Of a stretch of 64,000 nucleotides of DNA, positions 18,817 to 30,418 are shown one piece after another. Where the stretch lies: NCBI GenBank assembly GCA_963771075.1, contig CAVYSE010000017.1, positions 64,001 through 128,000 on the forward strand, read 5' to 3'. Position 1 is the first letter of the stretch, and the number at the start of each line of letters is the position of its first letter. Position numbers and translations under genes: made by a program. Source of the DNA: a candidate division FCPU426 bacterium. GTDB taxonomy: Bacteria > Oederibacteriota > Muellerivitia > Muellerivitales > Muellerivitaceae. The notes beneath the pieces were generated by a model. It did not search any database, was not told where the DNA came from, and was given only the letters and a program-made list of their open reading frames with translations.

Positions 18817-19868
18817 CTTTTCATGCCCGCCTTTTGGAGGTGCTTGTTCACGGCCGCAAGGACGTCGGAAACGGTGATGTTATCCATCGGGTCATGCCGG
18901 GAACATTCCCCCCGGTCGCAATCCGCGCACCCCCCTTTTGGGGGTAATAATACGGTGGAATCGTTTCCCCAAGGTCCCCAACGCACCGGAGTCGTCGAGG
19001 GTATATTGCAAAAGAGTGAAACGGTCGGCGTTCCCGCCGCGGCGGCGATATGCATGGTGCCCGTCGAACCGGATAAAAAGCAGGAGGCCCCCTGGTAAAG
19101 CGCGGCCAGTTGTTTGAGGCCCAGTTCGCCGATCACCAAAACCGGCCTTTTTTCCAGGGGAAGACCCTCCAGGAAAGCCGTCACCTTCGATACCAGCGGA
19201 GTCTCTTCGGGCCCAGCGCTTAAGACGACGCGCAAGTTCTTCACGACCGCCAATTGCCGGATGGCCTCCCCATACCGTGCGGGGCTCCAGTTCAAGGATG
19301 AACCCCGGTGCCCGGGATGCACGACCACATATCGGGTCTTGGGATTGAGGCCCTTTTCTTGGAGGAATTCCTGGACAAAATCTTTATCTTTGGCCGAAAT
19401 TGGAAAATCAATTTTTTGGGCGAACCGGGTCACGCCTAGGGGTTTGGCCAGATCCAGGTTGAACTCCGCCTCATGCCGTTCACCGCCATGCCGGTGCACC
19501 GCTATCTTTTCGTTAAAAAGAAAACTGTACCAACGGTAAGCCGTTCCGATCCGACGGGGAATTCCCGCCAAGGCGGAGGCAAATGCGATTCCTGGGCGAG
19601 GATAAACGGCCAAAAAAACATCCGGTTTTACTCGTTTGAGACGGTTCGTGAGCGCCATCACACCTTCCCCTTTTTCGATTGTTTCCACCGAGTCCACCGC
19701 GGGATGCCCGTCGACGATTTCCCTCGTATAGGAACTGACCAGGGCGGTTAAGTGGGTTTGGGGAAATGCGGCCTTGAGGCTTTGAACCAGGGGAAGGGTC
19801 AAGATCAAATCGCCGATCTTGTCGGTTCGGGAGACGAGAATGTGTTTGGGAGGAGTCTTTAGGTTCAT
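18813..19868 (-). CDS. GT9 family heptosyltransferase-like
   Basis: RTDKIGDLILTLP, VVHPG, STGTMHIAAAAGTPTV, RWGP. Confidence 0.9.
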   Translation of the reverse strand: MNLKTPPKHILVSRTDKIGDLILTLPLVQSLKAAFPQTHLTALVSSYTREIVDGHPAVDSVETIEKGEGVMALTNRLKRVKPDVFLAVYPRPGIAFASALAGIPRRIGTAYRWYSFLFNEKIAVHRHGGERHEAEFNLDLAKPLGVTRFAQKIDFPISAKDKDFVQEFLQEKGLNPKTRYVVVHPGHRGSSLNWSPARYGEAIRQLAVVKNLRVVLSAGPEETPLVSKVTAFLEGLPLEKRPVLVIGELGLKQLAALYQGASCFLSGSTGTMHIAAAAGTPTVSLFCNIPSTTPVRWGPWGNDSTVLLPPKGGCADCDRGECSRHDPMDNITVSDVLAAVNKHLQKAGMKR

Positions 19869-20365
19869 CAATGTTTGGGTTGGGCAGGCCCATACTTGCG
19901 TAATATTTCACCGATGAGATTTTTTGAAGCGTGGTCTTTCGGATCGCCTACCACCTTCACCTGGCCTCCATAGGAAGCCACGGTATCCCTCTCCGGCACC
20001 GTTTCGGGCGTATAGTCGGTGCCCTTGGCATGAATATCGGGTTTTAATTTAAGAAGCAAAGGCGTCACCGTGTCGTCATCAAAGGCGGTGACGAAATCCA
20101 CCATTTCAAAAGCGGAGAGGACACCCAGGCGGTCCTCCAAAGGGAGCAGGGGCCGCTCGGGCCCTTTCAACCGGCGGATGGAGTCGTCGGAATTCAAGGC
20201 CAGGACCATCACATCCCCCAGGGCTTTCGCCCCCCGCAGGTAGCGCACGTGGCCCACGTGCAAAAGGTCGAAACAGCCGTTGGTAAAAACGACCCTTTGG
20301 CCTTTAGCTTTCAGGGCGGCGATCTTTTGGGAAAGTTCTTCATGATTTAAGACCACTTCAGCCAT
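19868..20365 (-). CDS. rfaE2: Heptose-1-phosphate adenylyltransferase (RfaE domain II / HldC)
   Basis: VFTNGCFDLLHVGHVRYL, LNSDDSIRRLKG, AKGTDY. Confidence 0.93.
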   Translation of the reverse strand: MAEVVLNHEELSQKIAALKAKGQRVVFTNGCFDLLHVGHVRYLRGAKALGDVMVLALNSDDSIRRLKGPERPLLPLEDRLGVLSAFEMVDFVTAFDDDTVTPLLLKLKPDIHAKGTDYTPETVPERDTVASYGGQVKVVGDPKDHASKNLIGEILRKYGPAQPKH

Positions 20366-20375
20366 GGATTTTTCC

Positions 20376-21386
20376 TTATCTGGGTTTCAAGGCCTTGAGG
20401 ATCTCCTCCGGCGACGTGGTTGCGGTTCCCCGCTTGCCCACCACAATCCCCGCGGCAACCGTGGCCAAGGCCCCGGCGGTTAAAAGATCGGCGCCCGAGG
20501 CCAAAGCCAAGGTCGCGGTCACCGCCACGGTGTCGCCCGCCCCGGTTGGATCGACGGGTTGATCCGCCCCAAAAACGGGTAGATGCATCTTCTCGTTTAG
20601 TTCCCCAAATAAGGCCATCCCTTGGGGCCCTTGCGTGATGAGCACCCGACAGCCCAATCTTTCTTGCAGGGCACGGCCCGCCTTTTGAAGGCTATCCTCA
20701 TCCACGATTTCGATTCCCGCGGCGGGACCGGCTTCCGCCACATTGGGAGTGATCAGGCTGGCTCCCACATAATCACCCAGGTGATAGCGGGAATCGACCG
20801 TGATGATCTTGCCAGCGAAGGCGGAAAGGAGTGAGCGTCGAACCGCTTCGGTCATGACACCCAGCCCATAATCGGAAATGAGCAGGGCGTCCATCTTGGG
20901 AGCCAAAGCGGTGATGCGCCCCACCAGCTTGGCCTCAACGGCCCTGGAAACGTCCATATCTTCCAGCTTGTCGATGCGGATGACCTGTTGTTTGGCGGTA
21001 TGGTGCGCACCCGCCATGATGCGGCTCTTGACGGTAGTGTGGCGGTGCTTCACCGTAAGAATGCCGGTGGTATCGACCCCTTTTCCCTTGAAATATTGGA
21101 GAAGTTGGGCGCCCTGAGCATCCTCTCCCACAACACCCAAGGGGAAAACCTGGGATTTCAAATCCGAGGCGTTATTGGCGGCGTTGGCGGCCCCGCCCGG
21201 GGTCAAGTCAGTATGGGTATAGCGCAGAATGAGGACTGGAGCCTCGCGGGAAATACGGTCGGTATCCCCGTAAATGGCCTCATCCACCACCAAATCCCCA
21301 GCCACCATTAACTTCACCTTGGCCATTTTTTTCAGGAGACCGGGACAGCGGGAAGCGAAGTTGGGGGGGAAGTAGGTTTTTTTCAC
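20376..21386 (-). CDS. Second RfaE domain I-like PfkB sugar kinase
   Basis: RISREAPVLIL, PGGAANAA, SDYGLG, DPTGAGDT. Confidence 0.88.
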   Translation of the reverse strand: MKKTYFPPNFASRCPGLLKKMAKVKLMVAGDLVVDEAIYGDTDRISREAPVLILRYTHTDLTPGGAANAANNASDLKSQVFPLGVVGEDAQGAQLLQYFKGKGVDTTGILTVKHRHTTVKSRIMAGAHHTAKQQVIRIDKLEDMDVSRAVEAKLVGRITALAPKMDALLISDYGLGVMTEAVRRSLLSAFAGKIITVDSRYHLGDYVGASLITPNVAEAGPAAGIEIVDEDSLQKAGRALQERLGCRVLITQGPQGMALFGELNEKMHLPVFGADQPVDPTGAGDTVAVTATLALASGADLLTAGALATVAAGIVVGKRGTATTSPEEILKALKPR

Positions 21387-21973
21387 GCTTGTTCCCTTAG
21401 GCGGATGATCTTTTTCGCGGCCTGGAGCAGGTTGGACGCGACCCAGGTTCGGGGCACCGGTTTACTTTTTAATTCTTTTTCGCTTGTCCGGCCATTCCCG
21501 GTTCGAACCAGGATTCCTCCCGCTAAGCGGGCATTTACGGAAAGCATCAGGTCGTCCATTTTATCGCCCACCATGAAACTCCTCTTCAAATCGATGGGTA
21601 GAGACTTGAGTGCTTGTTTTACCATGCCTGTTTTCGGTTTCCGGCAATGACAAACCCGGCTGAAGGATTTTACTTTTCCCCCGGGGTAATGGGGACAATA
21701 AAAGAACGCATCGGGGGCGGCTTTTTGTTTTAACAAGTCCCCTTTGATCTGGGTGTGTATGATTTTGATGTCATTTTCGGCGAAATAGCCCCGCGCCACG
21801 CCCGATTGATTGGTGACAACAACTAAAAGAAAACCTGCCTTTTTAAGCAGCTTGAGGGCTTCCACGGTGTTTGAAAAATAATCGATCTTTTTCGGGTCAC
21901 TTAAGTATCCCTTGTCATGAATGATTGTGCCGTCCCTATCGAGAAAAACAGCGGGCCTAAGCTTGGATTTCAC
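21383..21973 (-). CDS. gmhB: Heptose-1,7-bisphosphate phosphatase
   Basis: FLDRDGT, VTNQSG, CPH..CHCRKP, MVGDK. Confidence 0.92.
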   Translation of the reverse strand: MKSKLRPAVFLDRDGTIIHDKGYLSDPKKIDYFSNTVEALKLLKKAGFLLVVVTNQSGVARGYFAENDIKIIHTQIKGDLLKQKAAPDAFFYCPHYPGGKVKSFSRVCHCRKPKTGMVKQALKSLPIDLKRSFMVGDKMDDLMLSVNARLAGGILVRTGNGRTSEKELKSKPVPRTWVASNLLQAAKKIIRLREQA

Positions 21974-23775
21974 TCTTTAGCCTCGTTGGCGTTTCCCGGC
22001 GTGCGAAACTGCATCTTGTAGAGCTTGGCGTAAAGGCCGCCCTTGGCCAGCAGGGCGGAATGCTTCCCCTGTTCCACAATACGGCCTTTGTCGATGACCA
22101 TGATACGATTCGCCCGGCGCACGGTGGAAAGACGGTGAGCAATGACCAGGGTCGTGCGGGTACCCATAAGTCCGTTGAGGGCCTTCTGGACCAGATGTTC
22201 ACTTTGGGTATCGAGGGCGGAAGTAGCCTCATCCAGGATCATGAGTGGAGGGTCTTTTAAAAGGGCGCGGGCGATTGCGAGACGCTGGCGCTGTCCACCC
22301 GAAAGTTTCACTCCTCGGTCGCCCACCAGGGTATTGAACCCCTGGGGAGTATTGTCGATAAATTCCTTGGCGAAAGCGCCCTTGGCCGCTTCCTGCACGT
22401 CCCAAAATGTTGCGCCGGGACGGCCATAGGCGATGTTCTTCTGGATGCTGTCATGGAAGAGAATAGTTTCCTGGGTAACGATGCCAATATGGGAGCGTAG
22501 ACTTTCAATCTTGATCTTGGACAGATCTTTTCCATCCCAAAGAATCTGGCCTTCGGTGGGCTGATAAAAGCGTGGGATAAGGTCTACCAAGGTGGTTTTG
22601 CCCCCGCCGGAGGGCCCAACCAGAGCCAGCACTTCGCCTTTTTTGAGGGTAAAGGAAATATTCCGCAGCACGGGATGGCCGGGCAGGTAATGGAAGCTGA
22701 CGTTTTTAAACTCCAGCCCCTTTTTGAGGGGTGCGACCTCCACCGCCCCCGAGGCATCGGCCAAGGGGTCCTTCGTATCTAATATCTCGAAACAGCGCTC
22801 AGCCGAGGCCATGGCATGCTGGAGCCCGGACCAAAGCCCGTTAAAATTTTTCAGCTGGGGATATAGTGTTCCCGTGGCGCCAAAAAAGGCCACAAATTGA
22901 CCCACAGTCATGTCGTGCGGGGGAAATAGCGCGCGATAAGCCAGCCAGACGATCAAGCCTAAAAGGGAGAGGGTGGCCAGGGTTTCCACGATGGGGGAGG
23001 AGGCCGCGAAAGCCTGGATAGATTTCATGGCGGTGGACATGAATTGATCATTCGTCTTCTCAAACTTATTTTTCTCGTATTTCTCCATTCCAAAAGCTTT
23101 CACGACCCGGATGCCCGCAAGTGTTTCATGAACCTGGGAATTTAAATCCGCCAGGTATTGCTGGCCGTCCCCGGAAGCACGGCGAATTCTGCGGCCAAAA
23201 CGGTAAATGGGAAAAAGCGCGAATGGAAAAAAGACAAGCGCTAGAACCGCCAGTTTCCAATCGAGATAAACCAGGACGCCCACCAGTGAAAGTGCGGTGA
23301 GAGTGGAGGTAAGCCCTCCACCGACCACGTTGGGGATGGAATCCTGCAAGACTTGGACATCCGAGGTTATCCGGGCTGCCAAGGCACCGGTACGCTGGGA
23401 ATTGAAATAGCTCATGGGCAAAGTCAAAAAATGCCCATAAAGATTATTGCGAAGCTTTTGGATGACATGCTGGCCGATGTAACCAATGAAATAAGCCTGG
23501 CCATATCCGGATAGGGCACGTAGGACCGCCGCAAGGAAAGTAATGGGTAGGGTAACCGCCCAAAGGGTTCGAAAAGTTTCCTCTGGATGGTCGGTAACAA
23601 TAAAAGCCCCATTGATGATTGGCTTCAATTGATACATGACGTATCCGGTGGCAAGCGCGGAAAGGATCATGCAAAGCCACATGAGGTAAACCCGGCCCTG
23701 AAATTCCTTGGCATAGGACAGGAGACGGAAGTAAAGCTTGAATGAGTCTTTTTTCGGGGCGGTCACGGAGGCCAC
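21970..23775 (-). CDS. msbA: Lipid A export ABC transporter (MsbA-like)
   Basis: N-terminal TM domain; GPSGGGKT, LSGGQRQR, ILDEATSALD, IAHRLST; heads an LPS-core operon. Confidence 0.85.
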   Translation of the reverse strand: MASVTAPKKDSFKLYFRLLSYAKEFQGRVYLMWLCMILSALATGYVMYQLKPIINGAFIVTDHPEETFRTLWAVTLPITFLAAVLRALSGYGQAYFIGYIGQHVIQKLRNNLYGHFLTLPMSYFNSQRTGALAARITSDVQVLQDSIPNVVGGGLTSTLTALSLVGVLVYLDWKLAVLALVFFPFALFPIYRFGRRIRRASGDGQQYLADLNSQVHETLAGIRVVKAFGMEKYEKNKFEKTNDQFMSTAMKSIQAFAASSPIVETLATLSLLGLIVWLAYRALFPPHDMTVGQFVAFFGATGTLYPQLKNFNGLWSGLQHAMASAERCFEILDTKDPLADASGAVEVAPLKKGLEFKNVSFHYLPGHPVLRNISFTLKKGEVLALVGPSGGGKTTLVDLIPRFYQPTEGQILWDGKDLSKIKIESLRSHIGIVTQETILFHDSIQKNIAYGRPGATFWDVQEAAKGAFAKEFIDNTPQGFNTLVGDRGVKLSGGQRQRLAIARALLKDPPLMILDEATSALDTQSEHLVQKALNGLMGTRTTLVIAHRLSTVRRANRIMVIDKGRIVEQGKHSALLAKGGLYAKLYKMQFRTPGNANEAKE

Positions 23776-23793
23776 TTGTTTCCTTGATGAAAC

Positions 23794-23821
23794 AAAAAGG
23801 CCCGGGCTTTTTAGCCCGGGC
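23794..23821 (-). terminator. Intrinsic terminator-like hairpin after DUF1573 gene
   Basis: GCCCGGGCT-N4-AGCCCGGGC followed by a T-run on the minus strand. Confidence 0.6.
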
Positions 23822-23895
23822 TTTCTAATAACAAACCTATTTTACCGAAGGGACCTCGCGATGGGTGCAAAAACCCTTCCCACGGTCCCGGAAGC

Positions 23896-24960
23896 TTAGT
23901 GGGACGTTTGCACATCCACCTTAAACGTGGGCATTTCGTTATCGTTGGTATTGACCACCACTTCATCTTTCCCATCGCTGTCTTTGGGGATGCTTTTCAC
24001 CGGAAGGATGCTCAATTGATAGCTCACCGTACCGTCAGGATTGTTCACCGATTTGATCGAAGGACGGCATAGGTGCTTTTCCGTGGAAACGCTTCTTACC
24101 GCAAAACCCTGGGGAGGATTGGCGGTTATATTGACGAACACCGGCTGTTCCTGACGGGGAGCGAAATAAACGTTCTTGGGGCTCCATTGAACCCGCCCCA
24201 CGACCTCCCCCATGACCTGGATTTCGATTTCAGGTTTCTTGAGGTCATCGGTCTTGACCACCACGTTATCCGATATACTGCCGATGGGCTGGGTGGCCGG
24301 AAGAACCACATTCAAGGTGACTCCCATTCGTTTATTCGTCCCGTCCCCTTCCGAATAGGGGGCGGACGTGACCGCGACCACCTTATTGTTGGAAGTAACG
24401 GAAAGGATATTCAGCTTTTTCCCGGGCTTGCCCAAGATCTTGACTTGAGTGTCTTTTTCCTCGCCATGCTTGACCGCGTAAAGATAAACCCGGTCCGGAG
24501 TGACGTCGATCTCACGAACGACGGTCATGTCGATTTTCACCTGGAAATTGGGGTTCGTCGGGTCGTTGGAGGTCACGGTAATGATCTTGGTAGCGTGCCC
24601 CGGGCGGCCTGAGGTGTGGTAAGTTACCTTGATGGTGCCTTTTCCCCCTGGCGCGATATCTTTTTTGTCACCCACGGCCGCCGTGCAACCGCAGGAGGTT
24701 CCCACGTTGTTGATATGCAGGGTGGATTTTCCGCGGTTATGAAAAACGAACTCATGCGTGATATCCGGCCCTTCTTCCACGTCGCCGAAATTGAAGGCTG
24801 TTTCCTTGAAAACGATCTTGGGTGCCATCGCCGCCGAAATTGTTGGTGTGGGCACAGGTTGATCTGGAGCCACTGCCCCCGGCGCAGAGGCCGGGGTACC
24901 ATCGGCCGAAACTAAAAGAGGCAGGGTAAAGGCAAAGGCTAAAAACAATAATTGGCGCAT
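23896..24960 (-). CDS. Secreted DUF1573 / Ig-like repeat protein
   Basis: Signal peptide; FNFGDV, TSCGCT, IAPG, TSNDP; GGAGG RBS before ATG 24960. Confidence 0.85.
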   Translation of the reverse strand: MRQLLFLAFAFTLPLLVSADGTPASAPGAVAPDQPVPTPTISAAMAPKIVFKETAFNFGDVEEGPDITHEFVFHNRGKSTLHINNVGTSCGCTAAVGDKKDIAPGGKGTIKVTYHTSGRPGHATKIITVTSNDPTNPNFQVKIDMTVVREIDVTPDRVYLYAVKHGEEKDTQVKILGKPGKKLNILSVTSNNKVVAVTSAPYSEGDGTNKRMGVTLNVVLPATQPIGSISDNVVVKTDDLKKPEIEIQVMGEVVGRVQWSPKNVYFAPRQEQPVFVNITANPPQGFAVRSVSTEKHLCRPSIKSVNNPDGTVSYQLSILPVKSIPKDSDGKDEVVVNTNDNEMPTFKVDVQTSH

Positions 24961-25068
24961 GGTATTTCCTCCGAAATAATAACGGGAAAAAATCAACGGA
25001 AGTTTAGCAAAAATCAAACCTTTTTGCCCCTCAAAAATCCGAGCGGCCTGAAATCCCGACCCAATACC

Positions 25069-25974
25069 CTAAGGATGCACCGAAAAAACGCCCGGACAGA
25101 CAGCCAACGCCAAAATAACACCAAAGATAAACCAAACCCACCGGGAGGCCGGACTTTTATCCAAAACCTGGCGTCGAAAACCCTCCAAGCCCACTCCCGC
25201 CCATAACTGCAAAAGCCATCCGTAAGCCTGGTCATCCACCGAAAAAGGGGTGTAGAAAGGCGCCCAAAGAAAATAACCCAGGGTGACCCAAAACAAACTA
25301 GATGCGGCCGCTCGTTCTCTTCCCCTGCCAGGAAGTATCGACCAGCCAAACAAGCCAAGTATCAGAAAAATAAAAATCCTTTTTTGAAAAAGAATCTCAT
25401 AAAGGCCCAATTCATTCCAAGTTAAGTGGCTCCAAGCCTTTTGGGAAACGGTCAAAATCGCGAGGCAGATGATTCCCGCCGCACAAGCCCAACTTTTCGC
25501 CCGCACCCGGCTTCGGGAAAAACCCAGGAAAGCCAGAACCAAGGGGATAGAACTATTCCAAACCATTCCCAAACCGATCCAAAGAGGGGAAAGAAGAAAG
25601 GCCAGTTTTTTCCCGTCACGAACCGCGAGGATCAGGAGAAGCCAAACCAAATAAAGAATTGCCCATAGCCAAGCCCGATGGTCCATGGTTTCGCATAAAT
25701 TCCATTGGAAGCGGGAAAGGCCCAGCCAGAGAAGCGGAAAAAATCCCATCCAGGAATTGGCGGACCGATCCACCCAAGAATAAAAAATAGCGGCCCCGGC
25801 CAAAAGCGGGATGCCTTTAAAAGTTACGGCCCAGGAAAAGAAAATTCCGAAGTGGAATTGCCACACCTGCAGAAAAAACCAGGCGAGGAGGCCGGCGCAA
25901 AACCAAGGAATGGCCTTGCGATGCCATTGAAATTTTAAACGAGGTCGCGTAGCCGGAATTTCCGTTTGGTTCAT
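25069..25974 (-). CDS. Hypothetical Trp-rich polytopic membrane protein
   Basis: Long hydrophobic ORF with no recognised motif; start uncertain (25974 or 26010). Confidence 0.6.
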   Translation of the reverse strand: MNQTEIPATRPRLKFQWHRKAIPWFCAGLLAWFFLQVWQFHFGIFFSWAVTFKGIPLLAGAAIFYSWVDRSANSWMGFFPLLWLGLSRFQWNLCETMDHRAWLWAILYLVWLLLILAVRDGKKLAFLLSPLWIGLGMVWNSSIPLVLAFLGFSRSRVRAKSWACAAGIICLAILTVSQKAWSHLTWNELGLYEILFQKRIFIFLILGLFGWSILPGRGRERAAASSLFWVTLGYFLWAPFYTPFSVDDQAYGWLLQLWAGVGLEGFRRQVLDKSPASRWVWFIFGVILALAVCPGVFSVHP

Positions 25975-26102
25975 TTCCTGAAATTGTAACAAGCCAAAAG
26001 ACCGCCCCATAGCGGAATCAATTAGGCCAATTCTCTACTTGGCGTGTTTAACTCCGGAAAATGTTTTGATTTAAGGGAAGCCAGGTTGTTAATATACACC
26101 GC

Positions 26103-27257
26103 ATGAAAAAGTTACTCCTTCTTTGCCTTTTCCTTTGGGGGTTCGCTTGCTTCCCATCTTCGGCCCAAGACGCCCATAGCATGGCGATCGGAGGGGCCTC
26201 AACCTCAGCCCCGATGGATGTGTTCGCCATGATTTGGAATCCCTCCTTAATCGCCCTTCCAGGCAATCCCACTTCCTGGACCCTGGCCTCCGGTTATTCG
26301 GCCTTTGATACAAGTAATTCCAATACGCCCATCCTGAGACTGAACCAGGACGAAGCCATACAATCCGCCGTGGATCCGGTGAACCGCTATCAGGATTACA
26401 CTGGGTTGTTCGCTGTTCGTTATTTTACGGGCGAGGGAGGTGTTCTTTTCGACCAAAGCCTGAATACCCAAACCTCGCAGAGCGCCTACCAGTTTTTTCA
26501 AGATCGATCAAACGGTTTACCTATTAACGGACAAACATATACCAACCTCAATTACCAAGAAACCGAACAACAGATAGCCAGTCTGATCCTTAGCTACGGA
26601 CAATCCCTTCCTTTCGGAACGATGCCGGTTTATGTTGGTGGAAGCTTGAAATATGAGGATGGGATTCAATACCTGCAAAATTCATTGACGGGTAATTATA
26701 CCCAGGGCGTGACGACCGTCGGCTATCAATACACTCGAACAACCTCATCGAATGGTCTGGGTTTAAGCATCGACGCGGGTTTCCTGGCCCAGCTTACCGA
26801 TTCCCTACAACTGGGCATGATGTTTGAGAACATTCAATCGAATTTTAGTTGGACGGCCACCCAGCAAACCATCGCTTTAAATCAAACGAACGGCCAGGAA
26901 ATTGTCACCTCCACCGTGCCCAACCAAACGATTGTCGCCAACCTTCCCTATATCACCCGCCTGGGGCTAACGGCTGATCCCCAAGGTAAAAACATTTATC
27001 TGATTGGAGAAGTGGAATGGGCGCCGAATCAAACCAACTGGAAATTCGGCCTGGAGCGGTATTACCCGGAGAACAACATGGTCGTGAGGTTTGGAACCTT
27101 CTATGACAACATCTCCCAATCCCAGTTATATAGCTTCGGCTGGGGAGTCTTGACCAAGGTTTTTACCCTGGATATAGCATTCGAAACCCGCAGCCTCCCC
27201 GCTATTCAAGATTCCATCGCGGTAGGAGGCGCCTTGGACGCCGAAGTTAGGTTCTAA
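26103..27257 (+). CDS. Outer-membrane beta-barrel protein (FadL/TraF/PorV-like N-terminus)
   Basis: Signal peptide; MAIGGA...WNPS motif; amphipathic strands; C-terminal Phe (LDAEVRF). Confidence 0.7.
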   Translation: MKKLLLLCLFLWGFACFPSSAQDAHSMAIGGASTSAPMDVFAMIWNPSLIALPGNPTSWTLASGYSAFDTSNSNTPILRLNQDEAIQSAVDPVNRYQDYTGLFAVRYFTGEGGVLFDQSLNTQTSQSAYQFFQDRSNGLPINGQTYTNLNYQETEQQIASLILSYGQSLPFGTMPVYVGGSLKYEDGIQYLQNSLTGNYTQGVTTVGYQYTRTTSSNGLGLSIDAGFLAQLTDSLQLGMMFENIQSNFSWTATQQTIALNQTNGQEIVTSTVPNQTIVANLPYITRLGLTADPQGKNIYLIGEVEWAPNQTNWKFGLERYYPENNMVVRFGTFYDNISQSQLYSFGWGVLTKVFTLDIAFETRSLPAIQDSIAVGGALDAEVRF

Positions 27258-27277
27258 CGCCTAAATTAAGTTTCATT

Positions 27278-28990
27278 TCACTCGTCAATTTCCAAGTCAA
27301 AAATAAGTTCCTTAAGCGCACTCCTATTGACCCAATCCTTGACATATTTCGGGTAGAAGGGACTGCGAACCTTGTAAAGCCCCCATTGGGGCGGATTAGC
27401 GCCGCTATATCCATTCAAGGTTGGAATTCCCCGTACCGCTGATATCAGCATTGCGTCGATTTGAACGTCCGTGGCGGAAAGCGGACCGCCGTAAGATCCT
27501 GTCATAAGGCCCGGTTTGACGGTCACGTAAAATGGGCCCGCGTTCGAAGGAAGTTTTTCACTCAACCGCTCCAAGCGGGCCAATTCCGAATGCTTGGAGA
27601 AACCGGGCGTGGGCGGAAAAGCCGTTTGCTCATACAGAACACAAAGTGCAAAAAAAACAACCAGTCCTTTCCCAATCCACTGAATTTTTAACTCTTTGAT
27701 AAATCCCATCTTTCCCCAGGACCAATCCATAAAAGCGGAGAAAAGTATCGACAGGGGCAAGGCCAAGACCACGGACCAACGGCCCAGCGCCCTTACCGCT
27801 GAAGCCCCCGGCACATATTCGTAAATCCATTTCCAGGGGGAAAACCCATCGTAGTCGAAAGCCAGCAAACAAAAAATAGCTGTGCCAAAAAAGGCCGCGG
27901 CTCCGATAGAATACCGCGGTGCTTTGTCCGATTCCCAATCCATCCATTGTTTTTTAAATAGCATCCCCGTCATTGCGAAGAAAGCTACCACTACAAGAAG
28001 GCTTAAAGCCAGGCCAAAACCCATGCGCATTTCACCTTCCACAGGCAGTAATTGGAGTGCGGGTATCCGGTCCCAAAGCCATCCCCACCAGGCGTGGCGG
28101 GGCCCCATCCAAAGATAGGTCCAAAGATTCGGCGTCATCATTTGAACTTCGGTATAGGGTTTTCCCCCGACCATTAAATAGGCCGGACCATAAATGACCC
28201 CAAAGGGGATCAATCCCAAAATTGTCATCCCCATCGCCCAAAGAAGAGGACCACGCTTTCGATTCCACACTCCACAAATAAAGGTGCGGATGTTTGAAAA
28301 ACACAGGCTTAACCCCAGGCAAAGGATGGACCAAAAAAGGAATAACCACCCCGGATAAAACGCCGTGAGCAGCTGAAAAGAAAAGATCCACCCCGCCGTG
28401 GAAATCCTGAGAAAAAACCGTCGATTGGAAAGGCTTTCCATTTCCCTCAAGGTCGAGGCCAGGATCCAAAGGATCAGGGGCAATCCGCATAAAAATTGCA
28501 ACTGTGTGTGGCTCCATTGGTTGAACTTTGGCGCGTTGAAAGCAAAGACAAAGGCGCCCAAGGCGGAAGAAAAGCGAGAAAACCTGAATCCCAGGCGGAG
28601 CATCAGATAGGCGAAAATATAATTTAGTGCATTGAAAAACAGGACCCACCACTGGAACGCGGTGAAGGGATCCTCTCCTAAAGCCCGAAGCAGGTGGTAA
28701 CCGAGGGCGTGGGCCAGGTACGCATCCGAATAACCAAGGACATCCCGAGCGGGAAAATAATAAGCCGGAGACAAAACGGATCCCATTCCCAGAAGGGCCT
28801 GATGCCAATATTCCAACTGGGCCGTCACCATACGGTTATCACCCCGGCCGCCGGGCACCAGCTCAAAACCCGTCTGGAACTCGCAGGCGTGGAATTGGAA
28901 AAGGCCCCATAGGCCCAACATGACGGCAAATGCCAAGCCCAACACTGTCACTAGTCGGCTTGAGGGAAAGCGGGCGGGGCTTGGGTTCAT
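27278..28990 (-). CDS. Membrane protein, predicted GT-C/YfhO-like glycosyltransferase
   Basis: GD after TM1, YFPARDVLGYSD, HTQLQ, VPGASAVRALGRW, PTLNGYSG. Confidence 0.7.
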   Translation of the reverse strand: MNPSPARFPSSRLVTVLGLAFAVMLGLWGLFQFHACEFQTGFELVPGGRGDNRMVTAQLEYWHQALLGMGSVLSPAYYFPARDVLGYSDAYLAHALGYHLLRALGEDPFTAFQWWVLFFNALNYIFAYLMLRLGFRFSRFSSALGAFVFAFNAPKFNQWSHTQLQFLCGLPLILWILASTLREMESLSNRRFFLRISTAGWIFSFQLLTAFYPGWLFLFWSILCLGLSLCFSNIRTFICGVWNRKRGPLLWAMGMTILGLIPFGVIYGPAYLMVGGKPYTEVQMMTPNLWTYLWMGPRHAWWGWLWDRIPALQLLPVEGEMRMGFGLALSLLVVVAFFAMTGMLFKKQWMDWESDKAPRYSIGAAAFFGTAIFCLLAFDYDGFSPWKWIYEYVPGASAVRALGRWSVVLALPLSILFSAFMDWSWGKMGFIKELKIQWIGKGLVVFFALCVLYEQTAFPPTPGFSKHSELARLERLSEKLPSNAGPFYVTVKPGLMTGSYGGPLSATDVQIDAMLISAVRGIPTLNGYSGANPPQWGLYKVRSPFYPKYVKDWVNRSALKELIFDLEIDE

Positions 28991-29005
28991 TCCAACTCCT
29001 GAAAT

Positions 29006-29038
29006 AAAAAAGGGGCAAGCCCTTTCGGGCCCGCCCCT
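29006..29038 (-). terminator. Intrinsic terminator after ahcY
   Basis: GC-rich hairpin followed by TTTTTT on the minus strand. Confidence 0.65.
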
Positions 29039-29074
29039 GATTTTACACTTTTTAATAGGGTTGGGATGGTTCTC

Positions 29075-30364
<1,290 letters not shown>

Positions 30365-30370
30365 TCAGTT

Positions 30371-30407
30371 AAAAAAATTCCAGCCTCCCGAAAAACCGGG
30401 AGGCTGG
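30371..30407 (-). terminator. Terminator-like hairpin between metK and ahcY
   Basis: 11-bp stem CCAGCCTCCCG/CGGGAGGCTGG followed by AATTTTTTT on the minus strand. Confidence 0.6.
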
Positions 30408-30418
30408 TTTAAAGCTTC

